Source: Clostridia bacterium (GTDB lineage Bacteria > Bacillota > Clostridia > Christensenellales > UBA1242). Taken from it: DNA of 64,000 bases. The stretch is taken from contig JAZNYK010000006.1 of assembly GCA_045594425.1 (NCBI GenBank), forward strand, positions 138,619-202,618, read 5' to 3'. Under the pieces are notes generated by a model. The model ran no database searches. It was not told the origin of the DNA and saw only the letters and a program-made list of their open reading frames with translations. This document shows, one piece after another, positions 1 through 7,743 of the stretch (position 1 is the stretch's first letter; the number at the start of each line of letters is the position of its first letter). The translations under genes were made by a program, and so were the position numbers.

Positions 1-606
1 ATTTTGAGAAACAATTCTTTTAAAATTTTTCAACAATAATTCAATATTATCGTACCCTGTCATTGTTAAAAATGCATTTTTAAATGAGTTATCTTGGTTG
101 CTTTGTAAAAAGAAATCACCAATTTTTTCACCATCAAAAAAATAAAATTTAAACAAATTTGGTGGAATTATATGAAGTAAATAATTTTCAAAATCAAGTA
201 ATTCATCACCAGCTAATTCTAAATTGTTTAAAGTAATTCTATAATTTTCTTTTACTTTTTTACCTTTCAATGACCACTCTCTAGTAATAGTATAAACATT
301 ATTATACATACCATCATCAAAAAGCAAATCTAATTCAACTTTAGCATAACCGTCAATTAAACTCTTTTGATTATCATTTATAAGCTTGTAAATTTCTTCA
401 TAATAATGTTGGTTTGTACTTTCATAGCCATAAGCCCTATGACCATAAATACAAGTTCTTAAAGATGTGAAAAATGTGGTTTTTCCTGCACCATTTTTTC
501 CACCAATTAAAATAATATTCTTATCTTTATTATTACAATCTATTTCAAAAACATTTTCACCAACATATGGGCCTACATTATAAAGAACTATCTTTTTTAT
601 CTTCAT
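1..606 (-). CDS. dndD: DndD, DNA sulfur-modification SMC-like ATPase (5' part only; gene runs off the left edge)
   Basis: Not in the supplied ORF track because no stop lies in the window. The reverse-strand ATG at 606-604 overlaps the dndC stop by 29 nt. My translation is MKIKKIVLYNVGPYVGENVFEI...IGGKNGAGKTTFFTSLRTCIYG...FYFFDGEKI. It has an N-terminal Walker A and the FDGE motif typical of DndD, and it sits in dndB-C-D order. Confidence 0.75.
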   Translation of the reverse strand, partial: MKIKKIVLYNVGPYVGENVFEIDCNNKDKNIILIGGKNGAGKTTFFTSLRTCIYGHRAYGYESTNQHYYEEIYKLINDNQKSLIDGYAKVELDLLFDDGMYNNVYTITREWSLKGKKVKENYRITLNNLELAGDELLDFENYLLHIIPPNLFKFYFFDGEKIGDFFLQSNQDNSFKNAFLTMTGYDNIELLLKNFKRIVSQN

Positions 607-1978
607 TTTTTAAACCTTCTTTAATGCTATCTACATGCAACCAACCTTGATTTACAATTTTATCAAAGTCTTTTTGTAGCTTATTTCCTCTTGTGTAATA
701 TTTATATTTATCAATTGATAATAACAGCTTTGACATTAATTCAAATGGAATATCTGAATCTTCAGCAGCTGTTTTAATCTGTTTAATTGTTCTATCATCA
801 TATAAAGGTGTTTTATATTCATCCCAAGGCAATTTCTTACCCTTAACCTTATAATAGGTATCCACTAACATTCTTCTAGATAAATCACCTTCATAATCCC
901 AAAGATTATCAATAATTTTTAATTCCTCTTCTGTAATTAAAGAAAAACCAGTTTCTACTTCAAGTCTCAATAATTTTTCTAATATAATTCTTCTTGCTTC
1001 AAGTTTAAATGGTCCTAAACCAACTTCACCATTAGCCTTATTATAAACTGAACCATTTCTTCTTTTATTATCTCTATACTTTGTATCACTTCTAATTGAA
1101 ACAAGCCAATTTCTGAAATTCCTTAATGGGATAAGTTCCGTTGAACCATGATTGATGAAATTTTGTAAAGACTTATCTTCTTTTACAATCGTACAACACC
1201 AGCAACCAAATCTTGAATTTCCAGTTACTGGAATTTTATCTTTATCAATTTCTCCAATAACACTTTGTTCTTCACCCATATCTTCACCTTGATACAAGTT
1301 GAACAAATATTTCATATCAGTACCCCAAGGGCTTTTAGCATCCCCCTTTAACAAGTACTCCCAAACAACTTCATTTTTTATTTTTGTTAATGGATTATAA
1401 ACATATGCATTTTCAATCTCTAAATGTGGCGTTAACAGTTTACCTTCAATTTCTCTAGAAGAAATACTTCTATTTCTTGCTAAACTTTCATCTTTTCTAA
1501 CACCTAATAAAATAACAACTTCACCATTTTCTTTAATCTTATTGTAAACAAAATTATTCATAGGATGGATTTTTAATCTTTCAGTACACCATCTAAATCC
1601 AGGTGCTTCTGGAGTTGGGTATCCTAAACCAATAACTAAAGACCAAAAAGTTTTATCTAATTCTGGATGAATAACTGTAGCTTCAATATTAAGATTTTCA
1701 GACTCAGAACACTTATTTATTGCTTTAGAAGAGTTATTCATATAACGACCTACAATTGGATTTTCAACCATTGTATCTGACGTTACAACAAATATTTTTT
1801 TTGTTCTTTCATTAGGTTTCAGTCTCTGCACTGCCTCATAAACAAGAGTAACTAATAGTGTAGAATCTTTTCCGCCACTATAACCAATTAACCATGGTCT
1901 ATTATCGTGTTTATAAACAACCATTATTTCGTTTATTATATCTTCAAATTCTTGAAATTTATCCATAAGCAATACCAT
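578..1978 (-). CDS. dndC: DndC, DNA phosphorothioation PAPS-reductase/ATP-pyrophosphatase-like protein
   Basis: 466 aa. It has a PP-loop (GYSGGKDSTLL) near the N-terminus and a cysteine cluster (FGCWCCT). It abuts the dndB stop (TAG|ATG) and overlaps the dndD start. Confidence 0.85.
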   Translation of the reverse strand: MVLLMDKFQEFEDIINEIMVVYKHDNRPWLIGYSGGKDSTLLVTLVYEAVQRLKPNERTKKIFVVTSDTMVENPIVGRYMNNSSKAINKCSESENLNIEATVIHPELDKTFWSLVIGLGYPTPEAPGFRWCTERLKIHPMNNFVYNKIKENGEVVILLGVRKDESLARNRSISSREIEGKLLTPHLEIENAYVYNPLTKIKNEVVWEYLLKGDAKSPWGTDMKYLFNLYQGEDMGEEQSVIGEIDKDKIPVTGNSRFGCWCCTIVKEDKSLQNFINHGSTELIPLRNFRNWLVSIRSDTKYRDNKRRNGSVYNKANGEVGLGPFKLEARRIILEKLLRLEVETGFSLITEEELKIIDNLWDYEGDLSRRMLVDTYYKVKGKKLPWDEYKTPLYDDRTIKQIKTAAEDSDIPFELMSKLLLSIDKYKYYTRGNKLQKDFDKIVNQGWLHVDSIKEGLKNEDKKDSSL

Positions 1979-3040
1979 CTATTTTAATTTTTTTAATTCT
2001 TCATTTGTTAATGGTAAATCAATTAAAGTCTTAATTTTAATAGAAGCAATTAAACTAGCGTCTTCATTATTTTGCACTTTACCATCTTCTCTAATAATGC
2101 TATTTTTCCAATAGTCATTAGTTCTAGACCAATTTATATTTTTTATACGAGGTAAATAATCCTCCAATTTATATTCTCTATTTTCATACAAAAAAGAACC
2201 TAGTTTACCAAATGCCATAATAGTTACAGCAAGAGTAATTATATAATCTTCTCGCAGACTTTTTTTTGTAAGTTCCTTATTCATCACTTCTTTCCATTCA
2301 GCTATATTCTCAGAAATTATTGTCCAATACCTAAATAAAAATTCTTCATCTTCTTCAGTAAAATCACCCTTTATAATCTTTTTATTAGCTTTATAGAGAT
2401 TATTTAAAGTAAACAATTTAGAAGAATTCTTACCTAAATTATCTTTTTCTTTATCTGTAAACATATTAAAGAAAGGAATTTTATTAATAATATTAGATGT
2501 TGCAACACCTACTTTATCCCTTCCATCATATAAAGTGGATATCGAATTAGAAGTCTTTACAGCATGTTTATTCAAATCTGTAAACATTTGCTGACTTCTT
2601 TTTAAACCTTCATCCTTAAACATAACAATGGAAATTGTTTCATTCTCAAGTGATGGGTCTTCTAAAATCGCTTTATCTATAGCCGCCTTTCTATGTTGAC
2701 CATCATTTATTAAAAAAACTGCATTCATATCAACTTCAAGAACACCCAATTCTTCTATTCTATCATTAGGTATAAATTCAAATTTACCATCTATTGAAGC
2801 TGATAACGCAGAAAATACATATGAATTTCTATTATCTAAAATATAATTTGTAATCTCAGGAATTCTCTGTTCATTTAATTTCCTTTGTGCTCTAAACTCT
2901 GGTAAAACGATATCGTTTCCATTATTAACAAACAATTTTGATAATAACCCCATTGGAATCATTGTAATGTAATAATCATTACCAGCTTGATGTCCCTTTA
3001 CAGCAGGAAATTTATAAGAAAAATTCATAAAAAACCTCAT
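1979..3040 (-). CDS. dndB: DndB, DGQHR-domain regulator of DNA phosphorothioation
   Basis: 353 aa. The N-terminus is YKFPAVKGHQAGNDYY and the family-defining DGQHR motif is present (FLINDGQHRKAAI). The start could be ATG 3040 or the better-spaced ATG 3028. Confidence 0.85.
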   Translation of the reverse strand: MRFFMNFSYKFPAVKGHQAGNDYYITMIPMGLLSKLFVNNGNDIVLPEFRAQRKLNEQRIPEITNYILDNRNSYVFSALSASIDGKFEFIPNDRIEELGVLEVDMNAVFLINDGQHRKAAIDKAILEDPSLENETISIVMFKDEGLKRSQQMFTDLNKHAVKTSNSISTLYDGRDKVGVATSNIINKIPFFNMFTDKEKDNLGKNSSKLFTLNNLYKANKKIIKGDFTEEDEEFLFRYWTIISENIAEWKEVMNKELTKKSLREDYIITLAVTIMAFGKLGSFLYENREYKLEDYLPRIKNINWSRTNDYWKNSIIREDGKVQNNEDASLIASIKIKTLIDLPLTNEELKKLK

Positions 3041-3046
3041 AAAAAA

Positions 3047-3074
3047 ATATACTTAAGTACATACTTAAGTATAT
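3047..3074. promoter_or_regulatory. 28-bp near-perfect palindrome (two TACTTAAGTA units), candidate operator of the dnd operon
   Basis: The sequence is ATATACTTAAGTAcaTACTTAAGTATAT. Only the central dinucleotide breaks the symmetry. It lies 7-34 nt upstream of the dndB ATG and overlaps the predicted -10. Confidence 0.4.
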
Positions 3075-3096
3075 TTATTTTAGTTGAATCAGTCAA
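3068..3096 (-). promoter_or_regulatory. Putative sigma70-type promoter of dndBCD
   Basis: Reverse strand: TTGACT (3096-3091), 17-nt spacer, TATACT (3073-3068). Confidence 0.4.
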
Positions 3097-3123
3097 TAAA
3101 TTATATATGCATATTGCATATAA

Positions 3124-3624
3124 TTAATCTTCTAACAAACATTTTTCTATTTCTTTAAAATCAATATTTAACCCATCAAAAGTATTAGATAAAAAACATT
3201 TTAGATTGTCCATTGTTACCATTTCATCTTTATCTATTTGCTCTTTTAGCTTTTTAACACCATAATTTGCAAATAATGTTAAAAAATCCATTCTTTTAAA
3301 TTCAATTTTTGATGAACTATTAAATGCTAAGTCTAATCTTTCATCTTCAGTCAACGAAATAGTTTTAGATGTAATTATAGCTGCCTGAAAAAGATAATCT
3401 AAAACACCTGTTCTATTGTTATTTTGAATAACATTTCTAGGAACGCTTTTAGAATCATCATTTTCTGTTGTGTTAATTTCTATTTGCTTATCATAAACTA
3501 TTCCAATAGCTACACATAATATATAAACATTATAATGCAGTGGTGAAGGAATAATATCACTTAGTAAATCTATGGTTTCAGACCAATCTCTACCCTTTAG
3601 CAATACGTCGCTCGTTAATTCCAT
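3124..3624 (-). CDS. Hypothetical 166-aa protein, translationally coupled to the upstream DndD-like ATPase
   Basis: ATG 3624 overlaps the ATPase stop by 10 nt (ATGGAATTAA). I recognise no motif. It may belong to the uncharacterised 'dnd system-associated' small-protein families, which needs an HMM search. Confidence 0.6.
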   Translation of the reverse strand: MELTSDVLLKGRDWSETIDLLSDIIPSPLHYNVYILCVAIGIVYDKQIEINTTENDDSKSVPRNVIQNNNRTGVLDYLFQAAIITSKTISLTEDERLDLAFNSSSKIEFKRMDFLTLFANYGVKKLKEQIDKDEMVTMDNLKCFLSNTFDGLNIDFKEIEKCLLED

Positions 3625-5567
3625 AAAAAGCCCTCCTTTACACTTGCAACATTCTTTTCTAAATTACTTTGAATTGTATAGACTTTACCAACTTGATCTT
3701 TTCCAAACAATGATTGTAGCTCATCTTTTGAAAACAAAATAACTTGTGGAGCGTATTCTGGAATAGTATCTATAACGTTTTGTCTTTGTTCAAAATCAAG
3801 TTTAGAAAATGGACCATCTAAAATTAAAGGATATTCTTTTTGCAATACCGAAGCTTCTTCTTTTAACAATTTTAAAATACCACCAATATATGCAAAAGAT
3901 ACAACAGCAAATTGTCCTTCAGATTTTGATTCATCGTTATATGTGTCTGTTACTTTAAAATGAAAATCTTCCCTAACCTCAACAGTCCTTTTACTTGTCA
4001 ACATCTTATCTATAAGATATTGAATAGATTCTTGTAATTTTTTACTATATATTTTAGCCGTTTCATCTAATTTTGCATCAAAATACATTTGCGCTTTCGT
4101 AAGTAATTGCATTTTTTTATCAATTATCTGGTTATTTGCAGAATTTTGAATAGCTTCATCATATCGCTTCATTTCTTTTTTCAAATATAGATTCAATTGA
4201 TTTAGCTTTTCATCACATTCTCTTATTTTTTCTTGAGTATCCTTCATTTCTTCTTCAGCTTTTTTCCTATCAATGATAAGTGGTTCTATATCTCTACTCA
4301 ATTTAAGCTTTCCATCAATAGCCACAATATCATCTTCTATTTCTTTTATAGATTTTTTATAATCTAAAATATCTGAAATTATTGAATCTAATTTCTTTTC
4401 ATCAAAATTATTAACATATTTTTCAGCAGCCTTAGTAAAATCATCATACATTCCCTTATATGAATTAGGCGGCAATAATTTAAAGAAATTTTTTAAAATT
4501 TCTCTTTCTGTGTCTCCAATACATCTTCCACAAAGGCAAACATCTTCTTTTGTTAACGCCTCTATTAAAGGTTTATTAACTCCTGTAATAAGTTTATCCT
4601 GAGCAACTTTTAACTTCAATTTATTTTTTGCATCAAGAACAACCTTGGAGATAATGGCTGTTGGAACCATATCAACAATATTCTGACCAAAGGATAACTT
4701 TTTATCTGAAATTGATTTAGTCATCAAATCTCTATTTTTCTTTAATTTTGATCTTTCTAACTCATATTCCGTCGCAGATTTCACTGACCCTATTTGTTCA
4801 GATAAATCAGCTACATTTTTTGCAGCTTGAGAAAAATTTTGTTTTAATGTTACTAATTTACTCTGCAATGTTTCAATATTACTTTGCACATTATTGATTC
4901 TCATCTTTTGATTTGCAGACTCATCTGCATCATATGATAAATCTTTATTTAAATATATTGAACCAATCGCTGTAGTTCTAAGATCCTTATTACCTATATG
5001 TTTTGAAGCCTTTTCATAAATATTTAAATCAAAAATTGAATAAATAGCATTCCTTAAAGAAGACGCTGACTCAGAACCTTTAACTTTTAAATCTGCTATC
5101 ATATTTTCGCCATCAAAAAAGAAATATTGAGAAAGCCCCTTTGGCATTAATTCTTCAATTACAGATTTTGGATTATTAACTCTATCCCAATTATTTTCAC
5201 TATTTTTCTTTCTTAAAATAAAATCTTCATCTAACTGAACACTTTCAAACAAAGCCTTTTTGTAATTTACCTGTCTTAACAATGTATAATAATCATTATT
5301 GTGTTCAAAATCTAGTTTTGCATAAACTCTGAACTCTTCACCGTTTTTTAAAGATGCTTCAAATTCATGATTATAAAGTTTTTTGCTTGCTGTTTTATTA
5401 AAATGAACTTCGCCATAAAAAACCCATTGAAACAATTGATGCAAAGTAGTCTTTCCATCACCATTTTTTCCATATATAATAGTAACTTTTCCATCACTAG
5501 CAAATTCAATAACATTTTTATCTTTAAAATTACGGAAATTTTCAAACTCTAATCTAATTATTTTCAT
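3615..5567 (-). CDS. DndD-family / SMC-like ABC ATPase (second copy in the cluster)
   Basis: 650 aa. It has a Walker A (GKNGDGKTT) and an FFFDGENM motif shared with the DndD fragment (FYFFDGEKI). The long central region is Lys/Glu/Leu-rich and coiled-coil-like. The C-terminus has a Walker-B-like YPLILDGPFSKLD. A GAAGAGG SD lies upstream. Confidence 0.75.
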   Translation of the reverse strand: MKIIRLEFENFRNFKDKNVIEFASDGKVTIIYGKNGDGKTTLHQLFQWVFYGEVHFNKTASKKLYNHEFEASLKNGEEFRVYAKLDFEHNNDYYTLLRQVNYKKALFESVQLDEDFILRKKNSENNWDRVNNPKSVIEELMPKGLSQYFFFDGENMIADLKVKGSESASSLRNAIYSIFDLNIYEKASKHIGNKDLRTTAIGSIYLNKDLSYDADESANQKMRINNVQSNIETLQSKLVTLKQNFSQAAKNVADLSEQIGSVKSATEYELERSKLKKNRDLMTKSISDKKLSFGQNIVDMVPTAIISKVVLDAKNKLKLKVAQDKLITGVNKPLIEALTKEDVCLCGRCIGDTEREILKNFFKLLPPNSYKGMYDDFTKAAEKYVNNFDEKKLDSIISDILDYKKSIKEIEDDIVAIDGKLKLSRDIEPLIIDRKKAEEEMKDTQEKIRECDEKLNQLNLYLKKEMKRYDEAIQNSANNQIIDKKMQLLTKAQMYFDAKLDETAKIYSKKLQESIQYLIDKMLTSKRTVEVREDFHFKVTDTYNDESKSEGQFAVVSFAYIGGILKLLKEEASVLQKEYPLILDGPFSKLDFEQRQNVIDTIPEYAPQVILFSKDELQSLFGKDQVGKVYTIQSNLEKNVASVKEGFLWN

Positions 5568-5703
5568 CTTTTAGAACCTCTTCAACTGCTTCCAAAATTT
5601 CTGAAACAATTTCCCTTTTGTTTTTATTGTTTTCTGTATCAAATTTATCAGTAGAATGACTTTTTTCTATAGATTCAATCTTACTAATAAGTTTATTTAC
5701 CAT
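5554..5703 (-). CDS. Unlisted 49-codon ORF filling the helicase-ATPase gap (hypothetical)
   Basis: My translation is MVNKLISKIESIEKSHSTDKFDTENNKNKREIVSEILEAVEEVLKDENN. The ATG at 5703 lies 8 nt after the helicase TAA, and the stop (5556-5554) lies 11 nt inside the ATPase gene. It is below the ORF-track size cutoff. SD spacing is poor, so coupling or reinitiation would be needed. Confidence 0.35.
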   Translation of the reverse strand: MVNKLISKIESIEKSHSTDKFDTENNKNKREIVSEILEAVEEVLKDENN

Positions 5704-5710
5704 TTCCTCA

Positions 5711-7741
5711 TTATTCATCAATATCTACCTCCAAACTATTTTCATAATCCATAACAATATCCTCTCTGCGAATTCCATATGCAGAAATTAATTCAATTAA
5801 TTTTATTTCATTTTCGTCTTTATTTAAAGATAATCTGTTATATTCGTTGTACCTTCTTAATTCTATTTTAGTAATATCAGAACTTCCCAACACAATTACA
5901 TCATAAATATTAGCATATTTCTTACCTTTATATGTTCTTAAAATTCTTCCCCTTCTTTGAACAAATTCTCTGTAATCATCATTGCTTGATAATATTAAAG
6001 CCGATTCAATAGATGGAATATTTATACCCTCATCCAAACATCTAATTGCGACAAGAGATGATATTACACCTTTATTAAAATCTTCCACCATATCCATTCT
6101 ATCAATCATGTTTTCAGTCGCTGTAAATTGACTTGCTTTTATATTTAATTCACTAAGTACATTTTTTATAAATTGAATATGCCTTAATTCTTCTCCATCA
6201 TCTCCAAGCACTTTACCATCTCCACAGTAAACTATGAAATGCTCTTTATTTTTTACAAGATTAATAATACTTTCTATTTTATCAATCTTTTCTTGTACCA
6301 TAGAAATTGTTCTTAACTTTCCTCGAGCAGCAATTATCAATTTATCTTTGTCAATTAAAACACCATCTTTAAAACAAGTTATCATCATTTTTTGGTATTT
6401 ATCAAACATTTCTTCTTCTGAAGGTGTTGCATGTACAAATATAGGATAGTAATTATAAGGCACCAAATAACCCTTTTGAAGAGCAACTTCTATAGGTAAA
6501 TCAAAAACTTTTCCTCCAAAGAAATCCATTAATTCATTTGCTTTTACAATATTATTCTTGCTTACAGGAGTTGCACTTAACCCTAGCATATATTGATATT
6601 CATCATTTAAAGAAGACTCTCTTTCAGTAAATCTATGTGCTTCATCAACAATTAATAATTTTTCCTCAGGTATCTTCTTTACTACATTCTTAAACCTATC
6701 AAGGTTAAATGAAGATATCGTTGAAATAATAATAAGTTGTCTATTTTCTGAATATTTCTTTCTTAGTATTTCTTCTTCAATTTCTGAATTCCATAAACTA
6801 TTTTCTGAAGAAACCATAACTATTTTTGCATCAGGAAATGCTTTAATAACATCTTCAGACCACTGTCTAACCAAGTGTTTGTATGGCGCGCAGATTACAA
6901 TTGTAGATTTGTGATTTTTTACTAGTTCCTTAGCAGAATAAATTGCAGTCCAAGTTTTTCCAGTACCTGTTGCCATAACATAAAATCCATGATAATTATT
7001 AGCAACCCAGGCATCAATTGCCTGTTTTTGATAATCTCTCAACTCTATTCCTGTTGATACTTTCGCAGTTTTTTTAATATCTAACACTTTTATCACATGT
7101 TGTTTTAATGCATCTTTTACTTCAAGAGTTAAATTGAATTCATTTTTTCCATTCCACAACTTATCAAACTCATCCAGTTCATCCTGCACATATTCATTTT
7201 CTATTTCATTCCAACTTTTAAATACTCGTATTTTTTCATAATTGTTCTCATATGCATTTAAACTCTCGTTTGGTGAACCGACAAAACAAATTTTATTCCC
7301 TACATAATCCTCAAGAATTGCTAATTTATCATGGTACATACCAATTCCATTTGTAACCACGAGTTTAATATCTAATATATCATAAGCAATTAATTGAGAG
7401 ACAATTTCCAAATCCTCAATCGGTAATTTTGATAATTCTATATCAAAATCATTGAAAAACGAGTTTGCAATAATTTCTTCTCTTTTTTGATATCCCTCTA
7501 ATATAGCTTTTACATCTTCATCACTTAAATGTGGGCTTGCTAAAAGTTGGATTTTACCCCTATTCCTTGCTAGTGCTGAAACACCTTCTAATAAAGAATT
7601 AAAAACAGAGCTTGAAAAAAATCCAACACTTCTTTTATATACCCTTGTATTTTTCAATGCCGGATTTATAAAATCATTAAGTATATTGGAACCACCATAA
7701 CTAATATAACTTCTTTGCAACTCTAATTCTTTAAAATTCAT
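5711..7741 (-). CDS. HKD (phospholipase-D family) nuclease fused to a DEAH-box SF2 helicase; restriction-endonuclease-like
   Basis: 676 aa. The N-terminal part has an HxKx4D...GSxN motif (YHDKLAILED...GSPNES). Helicase motifs follow: ATGTGKT (Walker A), LIVDEAHRF (DEAH), LSATP (III) and QRRGRILR (VI). It starts 2 nt after the upstream gene's stop. Confidence 0.8.
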   Translation of the reverse strand: MNFKELELQRSYISYGGSNILNDFINPALKNTRVYKRSVGFFSSSVFNSLLEGVSALARNRGKIQLLASPHLSDEDVKAILEGYQKREEIIANSFFNDFDIELSKLPIEDLEIVSQLIAYDILDIKLVVTNGIGMYHDKLAILEDYVGNKICFVGSPNESLNAYENNYEKIRVFKSWNEIENEYVQDELDEFDKLWNGKNEFNLTLEVKDALKQHVIKVLDIKKTAKVSTGIELRDYQKQAIDAWVANNYHGFYVMATGTGKTWTAIYSAKELVKNHKSTIVICAPYKHLVRQWSEDVIKAFPDAKIVMVSSENSLWNSEIEEEILRKKYSENRQLIIISTISSFNLDRFKNVVKKIPEEKLLIVDEAHRFTERESSLNDEYQYMLGLSATPVSKNNIVKANELMDFFGGKVFDLPIEVALQKGYLVPYNYYPIFVHATPSEEEMFDKYQKMMITCFKDGVLIDKDKLIIAARGKLRTISMVQEKIDKIESIINLVKNKEHFIVYCGDGKVLGDDGEELRHIQFIKNVLSELNIKASQFTATENMIDRMDMVEDFNKGVISSLVAIRCLDEGINIPSIESALILSSNDDYREFVQRRGRILRTYKGKKYANIYDVIVLGSSDITKIELRRYNEYNRLSLNKDENEIKLIELISAYGIRREDIVMDYENSLEVDIDE

Positions 7742-7743
7742 TT

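Noticed and set aside
5348-5552. Small ORFs on both strands (65 and 61 aa) inside the DndD-like ATPase gene. Similar antisense or overlapping ORFs occur at 6234-6449, 8895-9095 and 9839-10051.
   Set aside because: They lie wholly inside long, motif-bearing genes, have no SD and encode low-complexity Ile/Phe/Lys/Leu-rich peptides. Those are typical of random frames in AT-rich DNA.
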